Shown here: piece after piece, positions 8,720 through 17,864 of the stretch
How the letters are laid out: each line of letters opens with the position of its first letter
Position numbering within the stretch: position 1 is the first letter of the stretch
Position numbers and translations under genes: made by a program
Source of the DNA: a virus
Lineage: Duplodnaviria > Caudoviricetes
Reading direction: 5' to 3' (one strand)
DNA: 32,182 nt
IMG/VR virus record: IMGVR_UViG_3300014818_000019
Coordinates: 1-32,182 of that record
The notes under the pieces: model-generated
What the model saw: only the letters and a program-made list of their open reading frames with translations
Databases searched by the model: none
What the model was told of the DNA's origin: nothing

Positions 8720-10638
8720 GTTGGCTTGGTGATCTTTTTGGCGGTATTGTTAGTGAGGTAATAAGCTGGTTTATTGATATTCCCGAAGCTGACCAAGGCG
8801 AATCTGGAACATTATTAAACAAACAGTCCAATAATGCTCAAATACCCGTTATATATGGCCAGCGACAAGTAGGTGGAACGCGTGTGTTTGTGGCAACAGG
8901 TAGTACAAAAAACAAATATCTGTATATTGTTTTGGTATTGTGCGAAGGTGAATCAGAAGAAATAGGCGACATTTATATTGATGATGTAATAAGCACCGAT
9001 TCTCGTTACTCAAGTGTAGTGACGATTAATAAGCATTTAGGTTCAGACAGCCAGACCGCCGACACCATGTTAACTGGCGCAGGAATTAATTGGACTTCTG
9101 ACCATAAATTGCTAGGTTTGACTTATATCGCGTGTAGATTCACATGGGACGCAAACATATTTGGATCTGTTCCTGATATACGCTGCACGGTTAAAGGTCG
9201 CAAAGTGTACGACCCAAGAACATCAACAACGGTATATAGTACAAACCCAGCGCTGTGCTGGCGTGATCATTTAACTAACAGTCGGTTTGGCAAGGGTTTA
9301 TCTACCAACTTTATAGATGACGCTACCGTCATAACTGCTGCAAATAAGTGTGATTCTATGGTAACGCCGTACACAGGTGCTAGCCAAATAAAACTATTTG
9401 AATGTAATACAGTAATTGATACATCACGCTCTGTTATGGATAATTGCAAAGTGCTTTTATCAGGTATGCGCGGACTAATGCCTTATAGTGAAGGCAAATA
9501 CGGGCTTCTAATTGAAGATCAAAAGATAGGGTCTACTGTATTCGACTTTACTGAGGATCATATTATTGGTGGTATTAGTATTGAGAGCGAACGCAAGAAG
9601 GGAAAATACAACCGAGTTATCGCTACATTCACCAACCCAACCAAAAACTGGCAAGAAGACAGTATCGAATGGCCAAAAACAGGCTCAACCGACCATGATG
9701 ACTATTTAGCAGAAGATAACAGTGCTGAATTAGTTGGTCGAGTTAATTTGCCAACCATAACGAACCCCTATACCGCAGAAGACATTGCAGAATTGATAGT
9801 AAAGCGCAGTCGTGACGCGCTTAAAGTAAAAATATCAGTGACCAGCGAAGGTTTAAAATGCGCTATTGGCGACATCATTTCAATAACCCACTCAACACCT
9901 GATTGGTCCACTAAAGAATTTAGGGTAATGAGCTTGGTGCTAAACTACGATTGCACAGTTAGCCTTGATTGTATAGAACACCAAGATAATATCTACCCTT
10001 GGGGAACTAAAACGCAAGAACCATCCTCGCCTAATACTAATCTTCCTGTACATCATTTAAACAGTATTACTCGAATGTTTTCGCAGACAAATGATACAAG
10101 TGCGCTGCCAACGGTTGATTATTTTGATTTTGCCCAAGGTTCACAATATAAGTTTTACTTTTGGAAAATATTTACTACACCCGACTCATTCCCTTTATCA
10201 AATGCTAAAGCTCAGTTTAATATGAGCGGAACTATTGATTTTAATAGCGATGGAACATCAACAGCACACTGGAGTAACTGGTATGCGGGTTGGGTATATG
10301 CGGATGAGAATGGAATCCCAATATCAATAAATACAAGCAAAGTTCCCGCATGGGTGGAGGGCGGTGTTAGAACAATGTCATTACGATATTTAGGGGGGCC
10401 AGTTTACGTGCCGCTTGATGACGTTTTATTTGACCTATCCTTTCAAAAAGAATTTGCTCAGGGCTTTTCACTTCCCGCAAACACGTACTATAAAATGAGT
10501 GATGCAAGTTTAATAACTACAGAAATAAACAATTTTAAAATAGTGTTTGGTGTTTATCATTATGACAATAACGCCTTTAAATCTAATTTATATGATTGGG
10601 AAGCTGTAAATACCACAGTCACGGTGTTTTCACGATGA
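8716..10638 (+). CDS. Tail tip / central fibre (gpJ-like tip attachment) protein
   Basis: IPVIYG, VLCEGE, VKGRKVYDPR and NPALC..D.LTN.RFG motifs. Start moved to ATG 8716 (ATGA overlap). Confidence 0.85.
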   Translation: MSWLGDLFGGIVSEVISWFIDIPEADQGESGTLLNKQSNNAQIPVIYGQRQVGGTRVFVATGSTKNKYLYIVLVLCEGESEEIGDIYIDDVISTDSRYSSVVTINKHLGSDSQTADTMLTGAGINWTSDHKLLGLTYIACRFTWDANIFGSVPDIRCTVKGRKVYDPRTSTTVYSTNPALCWRDHLTNSRFGKGLSTNFIDDATVITAANKCDSMVTPYTGASQIKLFECNTVIDTSRSVMDNCKVLLSGMRGLMPYSEGKYGLLIEDQKIGSTVFDFTEDHIIGGISIESERKKGKYNRVIATFTNPTKNWQEDSIEWPKTGSTDHDDYLAEDNSAELVGRVNLPTITNPYTAEDIAELIVKRSRDALKVKISVTSEGLKCAIGDIISITHSTPDWSTKEFRVMSLVLNYDCTVSLDCIEHQDNIYPWGTKTQEPSSPNTNLPVHHLNSITRMFSQTNDTSALPTVDYFDFAQGSQYKFYFWKIFTTPDSFPLSNAKAQFNMSGTIDFNSDGTSTAHWSNWYAGWVYADENGIPISINTSKVPAWVEGGVRTMSLRYLGGPVYVPLDDVLFDLSFQKEFAQGFSLPANTYYKMSDASLITTEINNFKIVFGVYHYDNNAFKSNLYDWEAVNTTVTVFSR

Positions 10639-10916
10639 ACTTTATACGATGCAAGCAGCCCGATTCAGACTTCCAGCCCGTGTTGGATTATGTAAAAAAC
10701 GAGGGTATAATTGTTGCTGATTCGGCCATTATAGAAAATATTCCCATTGGCAGTAAATGTCGTATTAGTGGTCACGGCTATAAAGAGTATTTATCAATTG
10801 ATGACGGTTTGCTTGAAGTGACATTTGAATATGCGGGGCATTACGAAATTTTAATTACTGGCCCTGATTATAAGGAGCGTATTTATTGTGAAGCGGCACC
10901 ATTCAACCCCGTATGA
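10635..10916 (+). CDS. Hypothetical tail-associated protein (93 aa)
   Basis: ATGA overlap with the tip gene stop supports a start at 10635. Confidence 0.6.
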   Translation: MNFIRCKQPDSDFQPVLDYVKNEGIIVADSAIIENIPIGSKCRISGHGYKEYLSIDDGLLEVTFEYAGHYEILITGPDYKERIYCEAAPFNPV

Positions 10917-11046
10917 ATTTAGACGCAAAAACGCCTATCCGAACATAGAAGATCAACTGGATGCTCTATGGAAAGGGGGTGTAGATTTAGAAGCAATGAA
11001 AACGAAAGTATTAGCAGTTAAAGCGAAGCATTTGAAAGAGGTATAG
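10888..11046 (+). CDS. Small tail-fibre-associated protein, 52 aa (RRKNAYPNIEDQLDALWKG...VKAKH), not in ORF track
   Basis: GTG start with TAAGGAG upstream. YP.I.DQLDALW is a motif common in small proteins following fibre genes of aquatic phages. Confidence 0.7.
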   Translation: MKRHHSTPYEFRRKNAYPNIEDQLDALWKGGVDLEAMKTKVLAVKAKHLKEV

Positions 11047-11047
11047 C

Positions 11048-11434
11048 ATGAGCGAATTATCAAACCACCTTGAGAATAAATTTCTCGACATCACGCTAAA
11101 GGGGGCCGCGGCGTACAACGTCACCACGCCCTATTTGGCGTTATTCACAACCGACCCCACAGACGCGGGAAGTGGCACAGAGTGTTCGTGGTCGGGCTAT
11201 GCTCGGCAAACCATGACATTTGGCACAGTGTCGGGCGGCTCAGTATCTTCTAGCGGCACGATCACATTCCCATCCGTGGCGGGTAGTAATGTAACGATTA
11301 CCCATATCGGCATTTTTGATGCGTCAAGCGGTGGTAATTTACTCTACCACACGATATTGGATGCGAGTAAAACGCTATCGGCTGATGATGTTATGTCAGT
11401 CGCAGATGGCGGCGTTACGGTAACACTTAGCTAA
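11048..11434 (+). CDS. Virion structural protein (side-fibre/collar associated)
   Basis: SNHLEN, YLALFTTDP, YARQ and HIGIFDASSGGNLL motifs; GAGG RBS. Confidence 0.7.
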   Translation: MSELSNHLENKFLDITLKGAAAYNVTTPYLALFTTDPTDAGSGTECSWSGYARQTMTFGTVSGGSVSSSGTITFPSVAGSNVTITHIGIFDASSGGNLLYHTILDASKTLSADDVMSVADGGVTVTLS

Positions 11435-12225
11435 TGAATTTCTCGGCGCTTAACAGTTACGCACTAGGTGGCTATCCCACCCTATCGCAAAACCTTGAAG
11501 GTTCGGCGGCAGTTAACGGTGCGTGTACGGTTACGGCGCAGGGAAGCATTACCGCGTATTTATCGGCCTCAGTTGATGTTTATGGCGCTACAGTAAGCGC
11601 AGGACAGCGCAGAGTTTACGCTACGGCTGCGGTTAATGGTGCGGTTAATGTAAGTGGATCAGGCTATAAAGCCAAGGCGCTCACAGCTAGCGTTAATGGT
11701 GCGGCAACCGTCACAGCCATTGCCGAGGGCACTATATTGCTCACGGCCACGGCAAGCGGAAACGCCACGGCAAACGCTACAGCGCAGCGCGTCACAGTGG
11801 CCACAGGCTCCATATTAGGCAGTTCGGCAACACAAGGGCAAGGCATTAGAGTTGTTGGCCTTGAAGGGCAAATCTCAGGCTCTAGTAGCGTGTCAGGTGA
11901 CTTGCTTCGCACAGCATTAACCAGCGCATCCATTGCCGCCACAGCCAGCACAACCGCTACAGGTTACAAGGTCGCGCCGATCAATGGCACCGTGTCAGGA
12001 TTGGGTGTAACGACTACGGCATTTGTGCTTGTTAACGACCACATAGCCGCGCCAGCGCACCGCAAGATTAGACCGCTAGCAGACGACCGAACAATGGCGG
12101 CGAGTGGTTTGCGCACCATTAGAGCCAGCACCCAAAACCGCACGATTACGGCATCTACTAGCAATAGAATCATGCGCGTAACCGAGGACAGAACCATGCA
12201 AATCGAATTAAAAAGGGCCGCCTAA
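11434..12225 (+). CDS. Ala/Ser/Thr/Gly-rich repetitive virion protein
   Basis: Quasi-periodic repeats such as A.V.G...V.A.G; TAATG coupling on both sides. Confidence 0.6.
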   Translation: MNFSALNSYALGGYPTLSQNLEGSAAVNGACTVTAQGSITAYLSASVDVYGATVSAGQRRVYATAAVNGAVNVSGSGYKAKALTASVNGAATVTAIAEGTILLTATASGNATANATAQRVTVATGSILGSSATQGQGIRVVGLEGQISGSSSVSGDLLRTALTSASIAATASTTATGYKVAPINGTVSGLGVTTTAFVLVNDHIAAPAHRKIRPLADDRTMAASGLRTIRASTQNRTITASTSNRIMRVTEDRTMQIELKRAA

Positions 12226-12497
12226 TGGATAGATTCACGAAACAACCCGCCGATGTTTTAGATTACGGCGTTGATTTAACCAAGTGGCTTGTGACAGGCG
12301 ACACAGTGAGTAGCTCAACGGCCACAGTATCACCTAGCGGCCTTACTATTTCAGTGACCAACGGCACGACCAGCGAGCCAAAGGTATGGGCAAGCGGCGG
12401 CGCAAATGGCACAGAATATCAAATCACTTTAACGGTAGTCACGACAGGTGGCAGGACTAAAGAGTTTGAATTTAAGCTAGTGGTGGTGGAACAATGA
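12225..12497 (+). CDS. Fibre-tail adaptor-like protein
   Basis: KQPADVLDY..D...WL, VWASGG and TTGGRT motifs. Confidence 0.65.
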   Translation: MDRFTKQPADVLDYGVDLTKWLVTGDTVSSSTATVSPSGLTISVTNGTTSEPKVWASGGANGTEYQITLTVVTTGGRTKEFEFKLVVVEQ

Positions 12498-14380
12498 GTT
12501 TCGTTAATAACGTAAAAATCACGCTTAACGCTGCGATCACAAGCAGCGCAACCAGTGTGCAAGTGGTGAAAGCCGTAGCGCCATTTAACGACCCACCAGC
12601 AAGTGGCAAATTAACGCTCATGGATAGTCTATCTGGCCCCACTAAGATCGAGATTATCGCCTACACAGGGCGTACTGATAATTCAACGTATTGGACGTTA
12701 ACGGGTGTAAGTCGTGGCCAAGAATCCACTACAGCCTCGGCATTTTCTTCGGGTGATGCGGCGGTGCAAACGTGGACGGCTGGTCAGGCAACTGCCACTT
12801 TAGATGGGCTTGTTGTTGTAGGAACCACATTGCCTAATCCAGCTTCATCTGCTGGCTCCCTATTTTATACTACAGGCGATAATAAGTTTTATATTAGCGA
12901 TGGTACTTCTTGGTTTTTAGTTGCTAACCAAGGCCCAACGCCTACAGGTGGGACGGTAGTTATTCCTAGTGTAGTTGAGTTAAGTGGTTCTTATTCCTAT
13001 AATTTAGGTGTTGATTTTACGGATGATGTTCACACAGATGCTCAATTAACGTACACCTTAGAATCAGGGGTGCTTCCCTCTGGTTGTGTTCTACCCACTT
13101 CGGGTAATACCGCCTTTACGGGTACAATACCCGCAGTTTCCAGTAACACACTTTTTAGCTTCCAAATTAAAGCAACTGATAGTGCTGGTGGGGAAAGTAT
13201 ACAAAATTACCAACAGTTAGTTAGTAATGCAGTTCCAATAGCAACAGGAGGTACAGTTACTATTACGGATGTAGTCGCAACTTCGGCTGTATCTTATGAT
13301 GTAGGTGTTAACTTTACCTTTGCTGCTGGTTCAGCTTTTTCAGCATTTAGTTTACAAAGTGGCACATTACCCGCTGGCACAACACTAAACACATCAACAG
13401 GTGTTATTAGTGGAACTGTAACCACCTCTGTGGCTACATACGCCTTTACTATTAGGGCTACAGATACTGACGGAGATGTGGTTGACCAGTCGTATAGTTG
13501 GTCTGTAATTGCGACATCATCTTTAACCGCAACAGGCGGCACAATAACAACTTCTGGATTATATACAATACATACATTTACCTCTAGTGGAACATTTATT
13601 CCGTCTAATACTGGGGCTGTTGATATACTTATTATTGGTGGTGGTGGCGGTGGCGGCAATGCACTAGGTGGTGGCGGCGGTGCTGGTGGTGTTTATTACG
13701 CAACGGGCTTCACTGTAAGTGCTTTAAGTTATGCTATTACTATTGGGGCTGGTGGTGTTGGGCTTAGTTCTGGTGCGGGTGGAAGCGGGGCAAATACCAC
13801 AGCATTCAGTGTTAACGCATTAGGTGGTGGCGGTGGTGGAGCTTATCCGAGTGCACTACCAACTACAGGTGCGAACGGCGGCGGCGCTATAGGGTCAGGA
13901 GGTGAGTCAGGTGCGGGAGGCACTGCTTTAACGGCGTATTCAGGTTTTACGAGTCATGGTGGATTCTCTGGTGGTGTTGGTGTTAGTCATGGTGGTGGTG
14001 GCGGTGGTGGTGCTGGTGGTGCTGGTGATGGCGCAGTTTCTACCGCTGCTGGCGATGGTGGTGTTGGACACGCTAATAGTATTAATGGAAGCTCCCTCTA
14101 TTGGGCTGGTGGAGGTGGTGGGTCATCCCACAACGCAGGAGATGGTGGCAGTGGTGGTATAGGTGGAGGTGGTGGTGGTGGTACAGAGGCGGGTGGTAGT
14201 GCTGGTGGCGCTGGTGGTGGAAGTGCTTATTATACAGGCGGTACTGGTATGGCTGGGGCCTCAACAACTGGTGGTGCTGGTGGTGCTCATACTGGGTCAG
14301 GTGGTGGCTCTGGTACGCATAGTTCTGGTGTAGGCGGTAATGGGGCATCAGGTATAGTGATAGTGAGGTATTTAACATGA
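12494..14380 (+). CDS. Tail fibre / receptor-binding protein with two Ig-like modules and a C-terminal glycine-rich domain
   Basis: N-terminal LTGVSRGQESTTA anchor; SGVLPSG and SGTLPAGTTLNTSTGVISGT Ig-like repeats; HTFTSSGTF...GGGGGGG...GASGIVIVRY glycine-rich domain. Confidence 0.8.
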   Translation: MSFVNNVKITLNAAITSSATSVQVVKAVAPFNDPPASGKLTLMDSLSGPTKIEIIAYTGRTDNSTYWTLTGVSRGQESTTASAFSSGDAAVQTWTAGQATATLDGLVVVGTTLPNPASSAGSLFYTTGDNKFYISDGTSWFLVANQGPTPTGGTVVIPSVVELSGSYSYNLGVDFTDDVHTDAQLTYTLESGVLPSGCVLPTSGNTAFTGTIPAVSSNTLFSFQIKATDSAGGESIQNYQQLVSNAVPIATGGTVTITDVVATSAVSYDVGVNFTFAAGSAFSAFSLQSGTLPAGTTLNTSTGVISGTVTTSVATYAFTIRATDTDGDVVDQSYSWSVIATSSLTATGGTITTSGLYTIHTFTSSGTFIPSNTGAVDILIIGGGGGGGNALGGGGGAGGVYYATGFTVSALSYAITIGAGGVGLSSGAGGSGANTTAFSVNALGGGGGGAYPSALPTTGANGGGAIGSGGESGAGGTALTAYSGFTSHGGFSGGVGVSHGGGGGGGAGGAGDGAVSTAAGDGGVGHANSINGSSLYWAGGGGGSSHNAGDGGSGGIGGGGGGGTEAGGSAGGAGGGSAYYTGGTGMAGASTTGGAGGAHTGSGGGSGTHSSGVGGNGASGIVIVRYLT

Positions 14381-14709
14381 GCCATTTTGCCAAACTGGAT
14401 AGTAATAATGTTATCACCGAAGTAATTGTATCAGAAAAGGATTTTATAAACTCAGGGTTAGTTGGTGATGAGTTCGTGTGGGTGCAGACTTCTTATAATA
14501 ATAACTTTAGAGGAAGGTACGCTGGTGTTGGATATACGTGGAATAAGGTAAATGAGGTATTCATTTCACCTCAACCATACCCCTCATGGTCGTTAGATTC
14601 CAACTACACTTGGCAAGCCCCTGTTAATCCACCTCCAGTTACTGAGGGTATGTTGATACATTGGGACGAAGACACACTATCGTGGTTAGAAACTACAACA
14701 ACACTTTAA
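14377..14709 (+). CDS. Conserved fibre-associated small protein (MSHFAKLD...WVQTSYN...YAGVG...PQPYPSW)
   Basis: ATGA overlap with the fibre gene. Motif pattern seen after glycine-rich fibres in aquatic phages; 6 Trp in 110 aa. Confidence 0.7.
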   Translation: MSHFAKLDSNNVITEVIVSEKDFINSGLVGDEFVWVQTSYNNNFRGRYAGVGYTWNKVNEVFISPQPYPSWSLDSNYTWQAPVNPPPVTEGMLIHWDEDTLSWLETTTTL

Positions 14710-14733
14710 GCAATCAACGGTAACGGGGGCGAC

Positions 14734-16332
14734 ATGGATGTAAAAAGTGTTTGTATAGTAGGAGGTGGTTCTGCTGGTTGGATGACAGCAGCTACCTTAT
14801 GTAAGTTCACACCTAATATAAAGGTAACGCTAATTGAGAGTTCTGAGGTGGGTGTAATTGGAGTTGGTGAGTCTACACTAGGTCACTTCAATAATTTCCT
14901 AAGAGCTATGGAAATTAAAGATGAAGATTGGATGGCTGAGTGTAATGCCACCTATAAAACCTCTATTAAATTTACTGATTGGAATAAGGCTGGTGAGGCT
15001 TTCCATTATCCTTTTGGGGCATTAGATTTCTCTGAATCCAGAGGTACTTCTGATTGGTTCAACTGGGCAGTAAGAGATTCAGAGAACACCAAAGCAAGTG
15101 ACTTTGCAGAGTTCTTTCATCCCAGTGTATCTATGATTAATCAGAACAAACTCACAAAGAATACCTATGGGGAAGTGCCTGGATTTGATTTCAGTAATGA
15201 TACTGCATATCACATGGATGCCTCCTTATTTGGAAAGTTCTTAAAAAAGACTTTCTGTGACAACGTGACACATATACAAGATCATATTAGTAATATACCT
15301 CTGGATTCTGATGGGGCTGTAGATTCTTTAGTAGGCAAGAGTTCTACTTATAAAGCAGACTTATACATAGACTGTACAGGTTTCGCATCTATCCTATTAG
15401 ATAAGACGCTACACGTACCCTTTAATAACTTTAACGATGTATTGTTAAATGATAGGGCTTGTGCTGCACAGATACCTTATGTGGATAAGAATACAGAAAT
15501 GGAGAGTTTCACAAACTGCACAGCTATTGAAAATGGTTGGGTCTGGAATATCCCACTATACACTCGTATTGGTACTGGATATGTTTACTCTAGCAAGTAC
15601 GCCACGGAAGAAGAAGCAGAAGATCAATTTAGAGCGCATCTGGCTAAGACAGACCTTAAGAGGGCCAAAGAAGCAGAAGTATCCCACCTAAAGATTAGGC
15701 ATGGTATCCATGAGAAGTCTTGGGTTAAGAACGTAGTAGGTATTGGACTTGCCAGTGGCTTCATTGAGCCATTGGAATCTACAGGGTTAATGCTTACCCA
15801 TGAGAATATCCTCTTTCTAGTACGAGCTTTAACAAGACGTAATGGTCAAATCAATAAAATTGACATAGATTGTTTTAATGATTCTGTTAACACAACTATG
15901 GAAGGATTCAGACAATTCATTAGTCAGCATTATGCTTTTGCAGGCAGAAATGACACACCATACTGGAAAGATGTTACTAATAAAGTTACTTATAGTCAGG
16001 AGTTCCAAGACTTCTCTCTACCAAACAACCCTACGTTTGACTCCCTTAAAGCAGCATCTTATAACTTAAACATTAATAATGGCTTGGATGAAAGCTCTGG
16101 CCTGATTTACATATTAGCTGGGCAAGGGTACAACCCTGTCACCGCTATTGATGCAAAGATGAATGATACAAAGTTTGGTGCGTTTGATTGTACCCCTATC
16201 AAAGATACTTTTGCAGAAAGAAAGAAGGATGTGCAGGAGTTTATAGACCTTATGCCTACTCATTATGAGTTTCTGACTTATGAGTTCTATTTAAATAAAG
16301 AAGTCCAGACAGGAGAAATACATAATGGTTAG
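14734..16332 (+). CDS. Flavin-dependent halogenase (tryptophan halogenase family)
   Basis: GGGSAG FAD-binding motif, GVGEST, ATYK (catalytic Lys position), IDCTGF, GWVWNIP (WxWxIP) and FIEPLESTG (FxxPxxSxG); 532 aa. Confidence 0.93.
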   Translation: MDVKSVCIVGGGSAGWMTAATLCKFTPNIKVTLIESSEVGVIGVGESTLGHFNNFLRAMEIKDEDWMAECNATYKTSIKFTDWNKAGEAFHYPFGALDFSESRGTSDWFNWAVRDSENTKASDFAEFFHPSVSMINQNKLTKNTYGEVPGFDFSNDTAYHMDASLFGKFLKKTFCDNVTHIQDHISNIPLDSDGAVDSLVGKSSTYKADLYIDCTGFASILLDKTLHVPFNNFNDVLLNDRACAAQIPYVDKNTEMESFTNCTAIENGWVWNIPLYTRIGTGYVYSSKYATEEEAEDQFRAHLAKTDLKRAKEAEVSHLKIRHGIHEKSWVKNVVGIGLASGFIEPLESTGLMLTHENILFLVRALTRRNGQINKIDIDCFNDSVNTTMEGFRQFISQHYAFAGRNDTPYWKDVTNKVTYSQEFQDFSLPNNPTFDSLKAASYNLNINNGLDESSGLIYILAGQGYNPVTAIDAKMNDTKFGAFDCTPIKDTFAERKKDVQEFIDLMPTHYEFLTYEFYLNKEVQTGEIHNG

Positions 16333-16483
16333 CAGTCAAGTGAATCTAAGTGGTTTTAATGTAGGTGAAAATAACACCTCCACAGGTAAACGCCTAAGTG
16401 GGGAAGCTAGGAAGATTGTTCTAGGTATTAATGCAGCGGAACAGAGAGAACGTAAGGTAATACTTAAAACATTGAGTGGTTAA
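16325..16483 (+). CDS. Hypothetical protein, 52 aa (MVSSQVNLSGFNVGEN...), not in ORF track
   Basis: AGGAG RBS, overlaps the halogenase stop, ends 3 nt before the next ATG. Confidence 0.55.
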   Translation: MVSSQVNLSGFNVGENNTSTGKRLSGEARKIVLGINAAEQRERKVILKTLSG

Positions 16484-16486
16484 AAT

Positions 16487-16924
16487 ATGATTCTCGAATC
16501 GCTTATGGTGGCGAACGCTTCGTTCAAGGTGATTAAGCAAGCCTTAATTAACGGAAAGGACATCCTAGACGCTGGAGAGGCCGTCGGAAATTACTTCAAA
16601 GCTGAGAATGCTATAGCCAAAGAGGTCGAAGCTAAGGGCAAATCTTCAGCGTTAGAAGCGTATCAAGCGCAGCAACAGCTTCGCAAACAAGAAGACGAGC
16701 TAAAGCAAATGCTCAACAAGCAAGGGTTGATGGGCTATCACAATTTTCTAGAGTTCAAAGCGCAGTTTGCTAGAGATCAGAAAGAAGCAGTGAAGGCTCA
16801 AGCTAGAAAGCGGTACGCTCGAAACCAAGCGATTGAAGAAAATATTACCCTCGCACTCAAGGTTATGAGTGGATTATTAATAGCAATGGCGGCGCTTTTT
16901 GGCGTGGCCCTTTATTTGAGATGA
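16487..16924 (+). CDS. Hypothetical protein with C-terminal transmembrane helix
   Basis: Coiled-coil-like body and a hydrophobic C-terminus; start of the lysis region. Confidence 0.7.
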   Translation: MILESLMVANASFKVIKQALINGKDILDAGEAVGNYFKAENAIAKEVEAKGKSSALEAYQAQQQLRKQEDELKQMLNKQGLMGYHNFLEFKAQFARDQKEAVKAQARKRYARNQAIEENITLALKVMSGLLIAMAALFGVALYLR

Positions 16925-17112
16925 CGATTATGGATAACCGACCACTGACGGACGCAGAGAAAAATGAAATCGCAGAGCTAGCCGCAGATAAAGCCTATGC
17001 TCGATTTTACTCAGCAGTCGGGGAGAGCATTGTGAAGAAAGCCTTGTGGGTACTTGGTGCTGGAGCGATGACCGCATGGTATTTGTTATCCCATGGTGAG
17101 GTGCCTAAATGA
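16921..17112 (+). CDS. Small membrane protein, holin/antiholin candidate
   Basis: One predicted TM segment, directly before the endolysin, two possible starts (MTIM). Confidence 0.5.
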   Translation: MTIMDNRPLTDAEKNEIAELAADKAYARFYSAVGESIVKKALWVLGAGAMTAWYLLSHGEVPK

Positions 17113-17498
17113 GTTTCAAATTCGGAGCTAGCAGTTTAAACAACCGAGCAGGCGTAGACCCTCGACTCATTGAGATTTCAGATCGTGCTATTGCGTTATC
17201 CCCTATTGATTTCGGCGTGCCTCACCTTGGTGGCTTGCGGTCAGCTACAGATCAAGCCCAACTGTTCACGGCAGGCAAGTCTAAATGCGATGGCAGGGTT
17301 AACTTATCCTACCACCAAACAGGCAGGGCGTTGGACGTGTACGCTTACGTTGACGGCAAAGCCAGTTGGAGCGTGGAGCACCTAGCCATTATTACAGTTG
17401 CCTTTATGCAAGCCGCTAATGAGCTAGGCTACAAATTAGAGTCTGGTGGGCTATGGAATAGCTTTACTGATTGGCCGCACGTTCAACTTTCGGAGTAG
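17109..17498 (+). CDS. Endolysin, M15-family (L-Ala-D-Glu) peptidase
   Basis: GLRS, S.H..G.ALD and GG.W...D.PHVQL zinc-peptidase motifs. Confidence 0.9.
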   Translation: MSFKFGASSLNNRAGVDPRLIEISDRAIALSPIDFGVPHLGGLRSATDQAQLFTAGKSKCDGRVNLSYHQTGRALDVYAYVDGKASWSVEHLAIITVAFMQAANELGYKLESGGLWNSFTDWPHVQLSE

Positions 17499-17504
17499 AT
17501 TAAT

Positions 17505-17864
17505 ATGGGCATTCTAAGCACAATATTCGGCAGCGGTGATGTGATCGGCAAGGGCATGGATCTAATTGACTCGTTCCACACCAGTGACACAGAAATGATC
17601 GAAGCTAAGACTAAGGCTAAGACTGACCTAATGGCCGCCTACGCGCCGTTTAAGATAGCCCAGCGCTACTTAGCCTTTATGTTCGGCGTTACTTACATAG
17701 CCACCTACGTGCTTGTCATGGCCATGGTGTTCATGGATAAAGATGTTACCGCCGTCAAAGGTGTATTGTCAGAGTTCCAGATCGACTGGATTATGCTCAC
17801 AATAGTCATGTTTTACTTTGGTGGCGGCTTGGCTGATGGGATAATGAACAAGAAGTCTAAATAG
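17505..17864 (+). CDS. Holin-like membrane protein
   Basis: Two hydrophobic segments, FYFGG motif and basic C-terminus; follows the endolysin. Confidence 0.7.
   Translation: MGILSTIFGSGDVIGKGMDLIDSFHTSDTEMIEAKTKAKTDLMAAYAPFKIAQRYLAFMFGVTYIATYVLVMAMVFMDKDVTAVKGVLSEFQIDWIMLTIVMFYFGGGLADGIMNKKSK

Noticed and set aside
1756-13659. Minus-strand ORFs in the structural region (e.g. 1756..2145, 5679..6122, 6468..6833, 13294..13659)
   Set aside because: They are antisense shadows of well-supported genes, with no motifs or RBS.
13636-14345. GGT/GGC-rich tandem repeats as a repeat element or array
   Set aside because: They are glycine codons of the fibre's glycine-rich domain. The overlapping ORFs 13956..14162 and 14082..14417 are low-complexity shadows.
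8716-14380. Diversity-generating retroelement or invertase-driven fibre switching
   Set aside because: No reverse transcriptase, recombinase or template/variable repeat pair was seen.
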